64,000 nt of DNA from an uncultured Alphaproteobacteria bacterium (GTDB taxonomy: Bacteria > Pseudomonadota > Alphaproteobacteria > Rhizobiales > Beijerinckiaceae). Position numbers and translations under genes: made by a program. The stretch is from NCBI GenBank assembly GCA_963835215.1, contig CAWIES010000004.1, positions 371,121 to 435,120 on the forward strand, given 5' to 3'. Below the pieces are notes generated by a model, which made no database searches, was not told the origin of the DNA, and saw only the letters and a program-made list of their open reading frames with translations. This document shows positions 52,604 through 62,057 of the stretch, piece by piece; within the stretch, counting starts at the first letter, position 1, and each line of letters starts with the position of its first letter.

Positions 52604-53791
52604 CTAGCCCGCCGCGTTCAACCGCGCAAAGCCGCGCGTCAGATCGTCCCTGAGGTCATCGAGGTCTTCGAGGCCGACCGAGAAGCGCAGCGCGGGGCCA
52701 CCCGGCGCCCAGCGGGTCGCGGTGCGGATGCGCGCGCAGTCGAAGGGAATGACCAGGCTCTCGAAGCCGCCCCAGGAATAACCGATGCCGAACAATTCGA
52801 GCCCGTCGAGCATCGCCGCGATGGCGCGTTCGGCGACCGGCTTGAGCACGACGCTGAACAGGCCCGAGGCGCCGGTGAAGTCGCGCTTCCACAACGCGTG
52901 GTCGGGGTGGTCGGGCAGGGCGGGATGGAGCACGCGCAACACCTCGGCGCGCTCGCGCAGCCACTCGGCGAGCGCGAGGCTCTGGCGCTCGGCCTCGCGT
53001 AGTCGAAGCTCCATCGTGCGCAATCCGCGCAGCGCGAGAAACGCGTCCTCCGGGCCAGGGGGAATGGCGAATTCGTCATGGGTGCGGCTCAGCCGCTGCA
53101 GCCATTCCGCGTTGGCCGATATCAGGCCGAGCAGTAGGTCGGCATGACCGGAGAGATATTTCGTGCCCGCTTCGATCGCGAGATCGACGCCGTGTGCGTG
53201 CGGCGCGAAGTTGAGCGGCGTCGCCCAAGTGTTGTCGGCGATGACGCAGGCGCCGTGCGTATGCGCGACCGCCGCGATCGCCGAAACATCCTGGACTTCG
53301 AGCGACAGCGAGCCGGGCGATTCGAGGAACGCCGCCTTGGTGTTGGGGCGAAACAGCGCCGCGATCTCGGCGCCGAGGCGGGGATCGTAATAGGTCGTTT
53401 CGACGCCCATGCGCTTCAGTGTGCCGTCGCAAAAGGTGCGCGTCGGTCCGTAAGTGGAATCGGTCATCAGGAGATGGTCGCCGGCGCCCAGCGCACTCAT
53501 CAGCGCGATCGCGATCGCCGCCATGCCGGTTGGAACGAGCACAGTCCCGGCCGCGCCGGCGATCGCGGTCCAGGCTTCGCACAGCGCGTCGGTGGTCGGC
53601 GTGCCGTGGGTGCCATAGGTGTAGCGCTGCTTGCGGCTCGTGAGCGTCGCGACGTCGGGAAACAGCACGGTCGAGCCGCGAAACGGCGGCAGGCTGATGA
53701 AGCCCTGCGAAGTCTCGTGGTCGCGGCCAAGGTGAACGAGGCGCGAGCGAGTGCGCAGACGGGCCTTGCTTTCGGAGCTGAGGTTTTTCAT
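52604..53791 (-). CDS. metC: Cystathionine beta-lyase
   Basis: YGTHGTPT, ESPGS, DNTWATP, TKYLSGHAD, GIGYSWGGFESL. Confidence 0.94.
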   Translation of the reverse strand: MKNLSSESKARLRTRSRLVHLGRDHETSQGFISLPPFRGSTVLFPDVATLTSRKQRYTYGTHGTPTTDALCEAWTAIAGAAGTVLVPTGMAAIAIALMSALGAGDHLLMTDSTYGPTRTFCDGTLKRMGVETTYYDPRLGAEIAALFRPNTKAAFLESPGSLSLEVQDVSAIAAVAHTHGACVIADNTWATPLNFAPHAHGVDLAIEAGTKYLSGHADLLLGLISANAEWLQRLSRTHDEFAIPPGPEDAFLALRGLRTMELRLREAERQSLALAEWLRERAEVLRVLHPALPDHPDHALWKRDFTGASGLFSVVLKPVAERAIAAMLDGLELFGIGYSWGGFESLVIPFDCARIRTATRWAPGGPALRFSVGLEDLDDLRDDLTRGFARLNAAG

Positions 53792-53858
53792 CGGCTGGAT
53801 CGCGCAAATTTGCCGGGCGCGGCGCGGCGGGGAAGGGGCCTTGGCTGGCGCGCGAGCG

Positions 53859-55310
53859 TCACTTGCCGGTCGGCAACGGCTCGCCGTTGATCGTGACGCC
53901 AGCCTCGTCGATGTCGATCTTCCACACCAGCCGTCCGTCAGGCCCGGTCTTCGCCAGGCCCTTGATAAACGTCACGCCGAGGATCGCCATCTGAGCGTCC
54001 GGCTCGTCCTTGGCGATGTCTTGCAGCAGCTCGAGAGTTTTGTCGAGACTGTCGGCGCTGACAGTGAAATGGCCGCTCGGCGCGCCGTTGGTGGTTGAAG
54101 CTTCACCCGCGAAGGCGAGATCGAGCGCCGGCATGGTCAGGCGCCCCGGCGCCAGCGTCAGCTTGGGGTCGCCCGCGAGCAACGCCGCGTCGATCCTGTC
54201 CTGCGTCTCGGGCGTCAGTTCGCCGCCCCCGGCGAGCCCCGGGTCTTGCAGGGCGAGTTGAGCGGCCTGATCGACCCCCCGCCCGGAAAATTGCAGATCG
54301 AGGCTGAGCGAGATCGGCGTCAGGCGCGCCGACCAGGCCGGTGCGTTCGCGGACTCGAAGGCGAGGCTGTCGAAAGCGACGCCGAATTCCGCGCTCGCCA
54401 GCGGCGTCAATCCGCTGAGGCCGAGCTTCTCGGCCAGCGACTTGATCGTCGCCCGCCCGACCGGCGTCTCGACGCTGAAGTCGTGGAGGTCGGCGTCGAG
54501 CTTGAAATCGTTCCACAGCGGCAGCGCCGCGCCGAGCTTGGCGTTCAACCCGTCGGAGGGCTCTTTGTCGTCGTTGTGCGCGACGACGTATTTCCACAAA
54601 TCGCCTATCTCGCGCGCGCGCAGGCCCGAGAGGGTGATCGCGCCGCCGACTGCGCCGATCGAATAGGCGACCGTCGCCGGCTGGCTGTCGCCGGACGCCG
54701 GCTTGATGACCACGGTTTGGCCGAGGCTCTTGATCGACTGAACGTAGGCGACGTCGACGCCCGCCCCCGCCGCCGAGGACTTGGCGCGCATTTCGCCCAC
54801 CAGGCCGGATTGCGCCATCTCGATCTCGGTCGCCTGCGTCGCCTCGGACTCGTTGAACTTGCCGACGATCGCATCGACGCCGAGGCGCGAGCGCAGGAAA
54901 TCGGACTCGGCTGGGTCGTAGACGCCGTCGAGTTGAAATCCGTGAAAATCGAGCGACCCGCTGAAGTGGTCCGCCCCGCTCGGTCCTTCGAGCGCAACGC
55001 TCGGGAGGTTCTGCGCTTCGAGGCGCCATGGGCCATCGCCGGCCGGCGTCAGCCGATAGGTGAAAGGCTGCATCTTGAGCGCGCCGGCGTCAGCGCCGAG
55101 CAGCGCCATCGCCTTTTCAAGATCCCAGGCGACGACATAGCCATCGCCGTCCGGCGTCACCGAGACCACGCCCTTGTCGATCACGGCGCGGGTGAAATAG
55201 TCGGCGTAGGACCGGGCCAATTGCGCCGCGCCGTCGCTGGTGGCGGCGGCGGCTGCTGGCGCGGCGGCGACCAAGAGAACGATGGCTGGGCAAAGCGAAC
55301 GAGCGCGCAT
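53859..55310 (-). CDS. Hypothetical secreted protein (483 aa)
   Basis: Signal peptide; long uninterrupted ORF; no motif recognised. Confidence 0.75.
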   Translation of the reverse strand: MRARSLCPAIVLLVAAAPAAAAATSDGAAQLARSYADYFTRAVIDKGVVSVTPDGDGYVVAWDLEKAMALLGADAGALKMQPFTYRLTPAGDGPWRLEAQNLPSVALEGPSGADHFSGSLDFHGFQLDGVYDPAESDFLRSRLGVDAIVGKFNESEATQATEIEMAQSGLVGEMRAKSSAAGAGVDVAYVQSIKSLGQTVVIKPASGDSQPATVAYSIGAVGGAITLSGLRAREIGDLWKYVVAHNDDKEPSDGLNAKLGAALPLWNDFKLDADLHDFSVETPVGRATIKSLAEKLGLSGLTPLASAEFGVAFDSLAFESANAPAWSARLTPISLSLDLQFSGRGVDQAAQLALQDPGLAGGGELTPETQDRIDAALLAGDPKLTLAPGRLTMPALDLAFAGEASTTNGAPSGHFTVSADSLDKTLELLQDIAKDEPDAQMAILGVTFIKGLAKTGPDGRLVWKIDIDEAGVTINGEPLPTGK

Positions 55311-55497
55311 GGGGGCGGCCTGGCGGAGGAGAACGGGGATCGGCCGAGCCTAGCAGCATTCGCCGCCGCCGCGAAGCCGGGCGATTGGCGCAAGGGGGAA
55401 CGCGAAAGAGCCGACGATTGACTCGCGCCCGCCTTCGCCGCGATGCTTTCTCGAGGAGGCGCGTCTCGTCGCGCCCAATCTTGGCCGGAGGCTTGCC

Positions 55498-56505
55498 ATG
55501 CGGATATCCGCGCCGTTTCTTTTCGCCGCCGCCCTCACGGCCGCCGGCGCCGCGCAAGCGGGGACGCTCGAGGATGTGAAGGCTCGCGGCGTCTTGATCT
55601 GCGGCGCCAACCCGAGCCTTGCCGGCTTCGGCCAGCCCGACAGTCAAGGCGTCTACAAGGGCTTCGACGTCGATGCCTGCCGCGCCATCGCCGCCGCGAT
55701 CCTCAACGATCCCGAGAAGGTCAAATTCCTGCCGATCAACGCCAAGGATCGGCCGACGATCCTCGCCTCCGGCCAGATCGACGTGCTGATCCGCAACACG
55801 ACCTGGACGCTGTCGCGCCAGACCGGCGGCATGATCTTCACCGGCGTCAATTACTACGATGGCCAAGGCTTCATGGTGCACAAGAAGCTCGGCGTCGATT
55901 CGGCGCTCAAGCTCGACGGCGCCTCGATCTGCGTGCAGCAGGGCACGACCACCGAGCTCAATGTCGCGGACTTCTTCCGCGCTCACAATCTCAAGTTCGA
56001 GCCGGTGGTGTTCTCAACCGACGACGAGACGGTGAAGGCCTATGACTCCGGCCGCTGCGACGCCTACACGACCGACGCGTCCGGCCTCTACGCCGAGCGT
56101 CTCAAGCTGACTGCGCCCGACGACAATGTCGTGTTGCCGGAGATCATCTCCAAGGAGCCGCTCGGACCCTCGGTGCGTCCCGGCGACGTGCATTGGTTCG
56201 AGATCGTGCAATGGAGCCTTTACGCGATGCTGACCGCCGAGGAGCTCGGCGTGACGCAGGCCAATGTCGACACGATGCTGAAATCGGACAATCCGTCGAT
56301 CCGACGACTGCTCGGCGTCGAGGGCGATTTCGGGACCGGGCTCGGCCTGACCAATGATTGGGCCTATCGCATCATCAAGGCGGTCGGCAATTACGGCGAG
56401 AGCTTCGAGCGCAACCTCGGCATGGGGTCGCCGATCAAGATCCCGCGCGGCCTCAACGCGCTGTGGACCAACGGCGGACTGCAATACGCGCCGCCGATCA
56501 GGTGA
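55498..56505 (+). CDS. aapJ: General L-amino acid ABC transporter substrate-binding protein
   Basis: GFDVDACRAIAAA, RNTTWT, YYDGQGF, ISKEPLGP, VGNYGE, GLQYAPPIR. Confidence 0.9.
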   Translation: MRISAPFLFAAALTAAGAAQAGTLEDVKARGVLICGANPSLAGFGQPDSQGVYKGFDVDACRAIAAAILNDPEKVKFLPINAKDRPTILASGQIDVLIRNTTWTLSRQTGGMIFTGVNYYDGQGFMVHKKLGVDSALKLDGASICVQQGTTTELNVADFFRAHNLKFEPVVFSTDDETVKAYDSGRCDAYTTDASGLYAERLKLTAPDDNVVLPEIISKEPLGPSVRPGDVHWFEIVQWSLYAMLTAEELGVTQANVDTMLKSDNPSIRRLLGVEGDFGTGLGLTNDWAYRIIKAVGNYGESFERNLGMGSPIKIPRGLNALWTNGGLQYAPPIR

Positions 56506-56528
56506 GCGAGCGCCTTTCGCGCGCTGGA

Positions 56529-57170
56529 TCAAGTCGGCGCCGCTGTGACCGCGGACGCCGCCGAGGCGGCGGCGATTTGAAGGTTCGCCTGATAGCGCTG
56601 CACGATCACGCGGGCCATGTTCAGGCAGAATTTCGAGTCCTGCAGGCAGAGTTGCTCTAGCTCTGCGTAGCTGATCTGCCAGGCGCGAACGTCCGTCCGG
56701 CAGATCGCGGAAGCAGTGCGGACATGCCCCGCGGTCAGCAAGCCGATCTCGCCCAGAAGTCCGCCCGCGCCGACCGTCGCGTTGTATTCATGAATGTGAA
56801 CCTCGCCCGCGCCGATGAGAAACGCTTCGTCGCCGACTTCGCCCTTGCGAAACAGCACGTGGCCGGCGGGAAAGTCGGCCCGATGCATGAAGGGTCGTAG
56901 CCATTCGTAGTGGGACGAGGAGCGGATAGCCGAGGCGCCGGAGTCGGCGATCAGGCGGCGCAATTCCTTGAGCCGCCAAAGGTTCAGCGGCAGCAGCGCG
57001 ATGCTGACCGCCATGCTTGGATAGGCGTGGCTCAAATATCCGTAGGCGAAGCCGAACAGGCAGGCGAACACGGCGGCAATGCGCAGTGGAATCATTGTCT
57101 TTTCCTGAAAGGCGTAGACTTCCAGGATCGAGGCGATCCAGCCGGTGGTTTCGGTCAGGTAAAAATACAC
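56529..57170 (-). CDS. Membrane protein with C-terminal cyclic-nucleotide-binding domain (paralog 1)
   Basis: N-terminal TM helices (KTMIPLR...LPLNLWRL); LFRKGE, GEIGLL...RTASA. Confidence 0.85.
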   Translation of the reverse strand: MYFYLTETTGWIASILEVYAFQEKTMIPLRIAAVFACLFGFAYGYLSHAYPSMAVSIALLPLNLWRLKELRRLIADSGASAIRSSSHYEWLRPFMHRADFPAGHVLFRKGEVGDEAFLIGAGEVHIHEYNATVGAGGLLGEIGLLTAGHVRTASAICRTDVRAWQISYAELEQLCLQDSKFCLNMARVIVQRYQANLQIAAASAASAVTAAPT

Positions 57171-57339
57171 GGCGCTCTCCCCCTCGTGCCCCTCGTCCCG
57201 CCCGACGCGAGGCGTCGGCCCGCGAGCCTCGCCCCGATCCGGCGCGCTGCTTGCGGCGAGGGGGATGCGCGAGATCCGAAGCTACACCGAGGTCCGGGCG
57301 AAAGTCTTCTCTCGCCTCGGCGCTGCACGTGGCGCGACT

Positions 57340-57987
57340 TTAGGCCGATTGCGCCGCCGGCGTTTCGATCTCGCGGCGCGCGTGGCGCAGATTGTGCTCG
57401 TAGCGGCGCACGATCATGGTCGCCAGATGCAGGCAGAACTGCGGGTTCTGCAGGCAAAGCTCCTTGAGCTCATGATAGCTGGCGCGCCAGGCGCGCACCG
57501 GCGTGCGGCAGACCGCCGTTGCGCTGCGCAGGTTATCGGTCGCCAGCAGACCGATTTCGCCCAGCAGGTCGCCGGGCCGCACGGTCGCGTCATACTCGGG
57601 AATATGGACTTCACCCGAGCCGATCAGGAACGCCTCGGCGCCGACCTCGCCCTTGCGGAACAGGACGTGGCCGGCGGGCAGTTCGATCCGATGCATGAAT
57701 GGCTTCAGCCAGTCGTAGCCGCTCGGCCGCGACGGGTCGATCTGCGTCATCGTGTCGGAATCGCGGATGAGGCGACGCATCTCCACCAGGCGCCAGAAAT
57801 TCAGCGCGAGCATGATCGCGTTGACGACGGTGGTCGTCTGCGCGCCGCGCAAAGCGCCATAAGCGAGGCCGAAGGCGCATCCGCAAGTCGCCGCGATCCG
57901 TAGCGGGATCATCGTCTTGGCGCGAAACGCGTAGATGCCGAAGCCGCCCGCCACGTAACCGAGTATTTCGTCGATACCGATGCTCAC
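57340..57987 (-). CDS. Membrane protein with C-terminal cyclic-nucleotide-binding domain (paralog 2)
   Basis: GTG start at 57987; KTMIPLR, LFRKGE, GEIGLL...RSATA. Confidence 0.85.
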   Translation of the reverse strand: MSIGIDEILGYVAGGFGIYAFRAKTMIPLRIAATCGCAFGLAYGALRGAQTTTVVNAIMLALNFWRLVEMRRLIRDSDTMTQIDPSRPSGYDWLKPFMHRIELPAGHVLFRKGEVGAEAFLIGSGEVHIPEYDATVRPGDLLGEIGLLATDNLRSATAVCRTPVRAWRASYHELKELCLQNPQFCLHLATMIVRRYEHNLRHARREIETPAAQSA

Positions 57988-58028
57988 GAGGTCCCCCGAA
58001 TTCCCCGCCACGTCCCCACTTCGCCCAG

Positions 58029-59040
58029 TTACTCGGGCTTCTGCAGCTTCAACCCCGCGATCAGCGCTTGGTTGAATTCCTCCGGCGCCTGGATCTGCGG
58101 CGCGTGGCCATAGTTCGCAAACTCCACCAGCCGCGCCTTGGGGATCGCCTTCGCCGCGGCCTTGCCGAGAGCCGGGTAATCGCCGAGGCGCGCCCGCACT
58201 TCGGGCGGCGCGAGCGCCTTGCCGATGGCGGTGTTGTCCTTGTCGCCGATCATCAGCAAAACGGGCTGCGTTATGTCGCCGAATTTGTAGACCACAGGTT
58301 GCGTGAAGATCATGTCGTCGATGCGCGCTGCATTGTCGGCGACGACGTCCCTGCCGGGGCCGTTGTACAGGCCCGCGAGCATGTCGACCCAGCGCTGATA
58401 CGCGGGCGCCCAACTGCCGGCGTAATAGGTCGCCTGCTCGTAGGCGCGTAGCGAATCGGCGGAGGTCTTGAGCTCCTGCGCGCGCCAGGCGTCGATGCTC
58501 TGCCAGGGAACGCCCTCGGCCTGCCAATCCTCGAGCCCGATCGGATCGACCAGCGCGAGCTGGCTCACGTCGCGTGGAAACGTCAGCGCCCAGTGGATCG
58601 CCAGCATGCCGCCGGTGGAATGGCCAATCAGGATCGAGCGTTCGATCCCGAGCGACTTTAGCAGCGCGCGCGTGTTCGCGGCGAGTTGCGCGAACGTGTA
58701 TTGATAGCCTTGCGGCTTGCTCGACTTGCAAAAGCCGATCTGGTCCGGCGCGATGACCCGGTAGCCGGCCTCGACCAGCGCCTTGATCGTCGCCTCCCAG
58801 GTCGCGGCGCAGAAGTTCTTGCCGTGAAGCAGCACGGCGGTCTCGCCGTTCGGCGCCTCGGGCTTCACGTCGATATAGGCCATGTCGAGCGTCTGGCCCT
58901 GGGACGAGAACGCGAAATGCGCGACCGGGTAGGGGTAGTCGAAATCCTTGCAACTCCGGTCCGTAGGCGGGGGTTTGCGCCTTAGCGCCGCAGGCCGCGA
59001 GTGCGAGCGTCGCGCAGACGAAAAGGCCGAGGATTTTCAT
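58029..59040 (-). CDS. Secreted alpha/beta hydrolase (frameshift near 58945)
   Basis: Signal peptide plus YGPELQGF(DYPY); LLHGKNF, GHSTGG nucleophile elbow, GHAPQ. Confidence 0.88.
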
Positions 59041-59115
59041 GACCGGAGAATCCGTCCCGTCTTCATGCGCGTGTCAATTTCGCCCACGCCGCGAACCGCT
59101 CCAGCGGCGATATCG

Positions 59116-60504
59116 TCATATCTCAGGTTCATCGCGCAAGGTCAGAAATGCGACCAGCGCCGCGAGTCCCGAGAACGCGGCGCAAATTAGTGTGAGCCGT
59201 GAAAAGCCGGCGAGCGCGGCCTCGCGCGAACCGCCGACCAGCACGTCGCCCGCGACAACGCCAAGCGAAGCAACCGCGATCAGGCCGGCGACGCGCGCGA
59301 CCGCGTTGTTGATCGCGGAAACGACCCCGGTCTGGCCCTCCGGCGCGCCGTTCATGACCGCGGTCGAAAGCGGCGCCACTGTGAGCCCCATGCCGAAACC
59401 CATCAGCAGCATCGCCGGGATGATCGCGCTCCAATAGCCGCCATTGGCGACCGCCGGGCCGAAAACGAGGAAGCTCGCGCCCGTGATCGCCGGCCCGACC
59501 GAGAGAGGTCCGCGCACGCCGAAGCGATCCGCGATCGCGCCGCCCAAACGCGACAGGATCGCCATCATCGCGGTGAGCGCGAGGAAGGTCGAGCCCGCCT
59601 CCGCCGCGCTCCAGCCGTCGGCGTTGATCAGGGTCGAGGGTAAGAAGAAAACCATACCCGCCAGCGCGAAGTAGAGAAAGAACGTGAGCGCGTTCACGCC
59701 GGCGATCTGCCGGCGCGCGAACAGGCGCAGCGGCGCCATGGGGGCCGGCGCGAACGCTTCCCATGCGAGAAGCAGCCCAAACAACGCGGCGCCGGCGATC
59801 ACGATCGCGATCGGATAAGACGGCGCGGCGCCGAACTCGCCGAGCCAGGTCAGTCCAAACGTCACCGCGCCGAGACTGACGACGGCGAGCAGGGCGCCGG
59901 GCCAGTCCATCGCGCGGGCCTCACGCTTGGGCAGCTCGTCGACGCCGCGGCTGAGAACGAGGATCGCCATCGCCGCAAGCGGCAGGTTGATCAGGAAAAT
60001 CGTTTGCCACGGCGCGTGGTCGATCAGCCAACCGCCGAGCAGCGGTCCGAGCGCCGCCGCCACGCTGGTCGAGGCGGCCCAGGCGCCGATTGCACGGCCG
60101 CGTTGGGGCGCAGGGAAATGCGCGCTGAGAAGGGCGAGACTGCCCGGCGCCAGCAACGCCGCGGCGAGGCCTTGGAGCGCCCGGGCGCCAATCAGGGTCA
60201 GGACACCGCTAGAGAGCGCGCAGGCGAGCGAGGCCGCAGCGAAACAGGCGACGCCGACGCCGTACACCCGCCGCAGCCCGTAGCGATCGCCCGCCGCGCC
60301 GCCCAGCAGCAGGAAGGCGGAGAGGGTCAAGGTGTAGCCGTTGGACACCCATTGCATTTGCCCGAGCGATGCGTCGAGCGCGACGCGCATGCGCGGGATG
60401 GCGACTGTGACGATCGTTCCGTCGGTGAACGCCATGGAGGAGCCCAGGATCGTCGCGACGAGGATGCGGAGTTGCGACCGGGTCACCGAACTGCCCTGAG
60501 CCAA
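59116..60504 (-). CDS. MFS transporter (DHA2-like)
   Basis: LLLGGAAGDRYG, RALQG, GPLLGG, IFLINLP, DWPGA. Confidence 0.9.
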   Translation of the reverse strand: MAQGSSVTRSQLRILVATILGSSMAFTDGTIVTVAIPRMRVALDASLGQMQWVSNGYTLTLSAFLLLGGAAGDRYGLRRVYGVGVACFAAASLACALSSGVLTLIGARALQGLAAALLAPGSLALLSAHFPAPQRGRAIGAWAASTSVAAALGPLLGGWLIDHAPWQTIFLINLPLAAMAILVLSRGVDELPKREARAMDWPGALLAVVSLGAVTFGLTWLGEFGAAPSYPIAIVIAGAALFGLLLAWEAFAPAPMAPLRLFARRQIAGVNALTFFLYFALAGMVFFLPSTLINADGWSAAEAGSTFLALTAMMAILSRLGGAIADRFGVRGPLSVGPAITGASFLVFGPAVANGGYWSAIIPAMLLMGFGMGLTVAPLSTAVMNGAPEGQTGVVSAINNAVARVAGLIAVASLGVVAGDVLVGGSREAALAGFSRLTLICAAFSGLAALVAFLTLRDEPEI

Positions 60505-60519
60505 TGGGAAACGGCGCCG

Positions 60520-62046
60520 CTACTGTCCCCGTTTCGCCCGCGTCGCGAACCGCACAGCCTCTTCGGCCGCGCGGAACAGCGCCTGCGCCTTGTTGACGCA
60601 TTCGCGGTGCTCGTAGGCGGGATCGGAGTCATAGACGATGCCGGCGCCGGCCTGGACGTGCATCTGACCGTCTTTGACCACCGAGGCGCGCAACACGATG
60701 CAAGTGTCCATCTCGCCCCCGGCGCCGAAATAACCGATGCAGCCGGCGTAGATGCCGCGCTTGTCTTTTTCCAGTTCGTCGATGATCTCCATCGCGCGCA
60801 CTTTTGGGGCGCCCGAGACGGTGCCGGCGGGAAAGCCCGCAGCGAGCGCCGCCACCACGTCGACATCGTCGCGCAGCTCGCCCTCGACATTCGAGACGAT
60901 GTGCATGACGTGGCTGTAACGCTCGACGAAGAAGCTGTCGGTGACCTTGACCGTGCCGATCTTGGCGACGCGGCCGACATCGTTGCGGCCAAGATCGAGC
61001 AGCATCAGATGCTCGGCCCGCTCCTTGGGATCGACCAGCAGTTCGGCTGCGAGCGCCTCATCTTCCTCGACCGTCTTGCCGCGCCAACGGGTGCCGGCGA
61101 TCGGCCTGATGCAGACCTTGCCGGCGCGCACCTTGACCAGAATCTCTGGGCTCGAGACGACGACTTGGAAGCCGCCGAAATCGAGGAAGCAGAGATAGGG
61201 CGATGGATTGACGCGCCTGAGCGCGCGATAAAGCGAGAAGGCGGGCAGGTCGAAGCGACTGACGAAGCGCTGCGAGAGCACGATCTGGAATGCGTCGCCC
61301 GCGGCGATGTAGTCCTTCGCCCTGGCGACCATCGCCATGAATTCGGCTTCACTGGTGTTGGAGACAGCGGGGCTCGCCAGCAGCGTCGGATCGACCGGCG
61401 GCGGCTTGTGATCGAGCGGGGCTTCGAGCGCCGCGACGATCGCCTCGAGCCGGCCTTGCGCGCTCTCATAGGCGGCGCGGGCGGCGACGCCGGCGGCCGG
61501 GCGCACGGGCGTCACGACAATCATTTCGTCGCGCGCCGAATCGAACACTACCATCGCCGTTGGCCGGATCAGCAGCGCTTCGGGCACGCCGATCGGGTCG
61601 GGCTTGGCCGGCGCGAGGCGCTCCATACGCCGCACCATGTCGTAGCCGAGATAGCCGAATACGCCCGCCGACATCGGCGGCAAGCCGGGCGGCAGATCGA
61701 TGCGCGATTCGGCGAGCAGGGCTCGCAGCGCCTCAAGCGGCTTTCCGGGGCAGGGAACGAAAGTGTCGAGATCGGTGAGCGCGCGCCGATTGATCTCGGC
61801 GCCCTCGCCGCTCGAGCGCCAGATGACGTCGGGATCGAGGCCGATCATCGAATAGCGGCCGCGTTGCGCGCCGCCCTCGACCAACTCGAGCAGGAACATA
61901 TTGCCGGCGCGCTTGGCCGCGAGCTTGAGATAAGCGGAGACCGGCGTCTCGAGATCTGCGACTAGGGTGGCGACGATCACGCTCGCCCGCCCGGCCGCGT
62001 AGCGGCGGGCGAAGTCTTCATAGTCGGTCGGGAGCATCATCGTCAT
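60520..62046 (-). CDS. trpE: Anthranilate synthase component I
   Basis: DLETPVSAY, NPSPY, SSPEIL, RPIAGT, EHLMLLDLGRND, PAGTVSGAPK. Confidence 0.96.
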   Translation of the reverse strand: MTMMLPTDYEDFARRYAAGRASVIVATLVADLETPVSAYLKLAAKRAGNMFLLELVEGGAQRGRYSMIGLDPDVIWRSSGEGAEINRRALTDLDTFVPCPGKPLEALRALLAESRIDLPPGLPPMSAGVFGYLGYDMVRRMERLAPAKPDPIGVPEALLIRPTAMVVFDSARDEMIVVTPVRPAAGVAARAAYESAQGRLEAIVAALEAPLDHKPPPVDPTLLASPAVSNTSEAEFMAMVARAKDYIAAGDAFQIVLSQRFVSRFDLPAFSLYRALRRVNPSPYLCFLDFGGFQVVVSSPEILVKVRAGKVCIRPIAGTRWRGKTVEEDEALAAELLVDPKERAEHLMLLDLGRNDVGRVAKIGTVKVTDSFFVERYSHVMHIVSNVEGELRDDVDVVAALAAGFPAGTVSGAPKVRAMEIIDELEKDKRGIYAGCIGYFGAGGEMDTCIVLRASVVKDGQMHVQAGAGIVYDSDPAYEHRECVNKAQALFRAAEEAVRFATRAKRGQ

Positions 62047-62057
62047 CGCCGGCGGCC

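Noticed and set aside
57340-59040. 566-aa ORF that appears to fuse a signal peptide to a cNMP-binding protein
   Set aside because: An indel near 58945 moves the hydrolase N-terminus into an open off-frame that runs into the separate cNMP gene. The middle part is a shadow translation.
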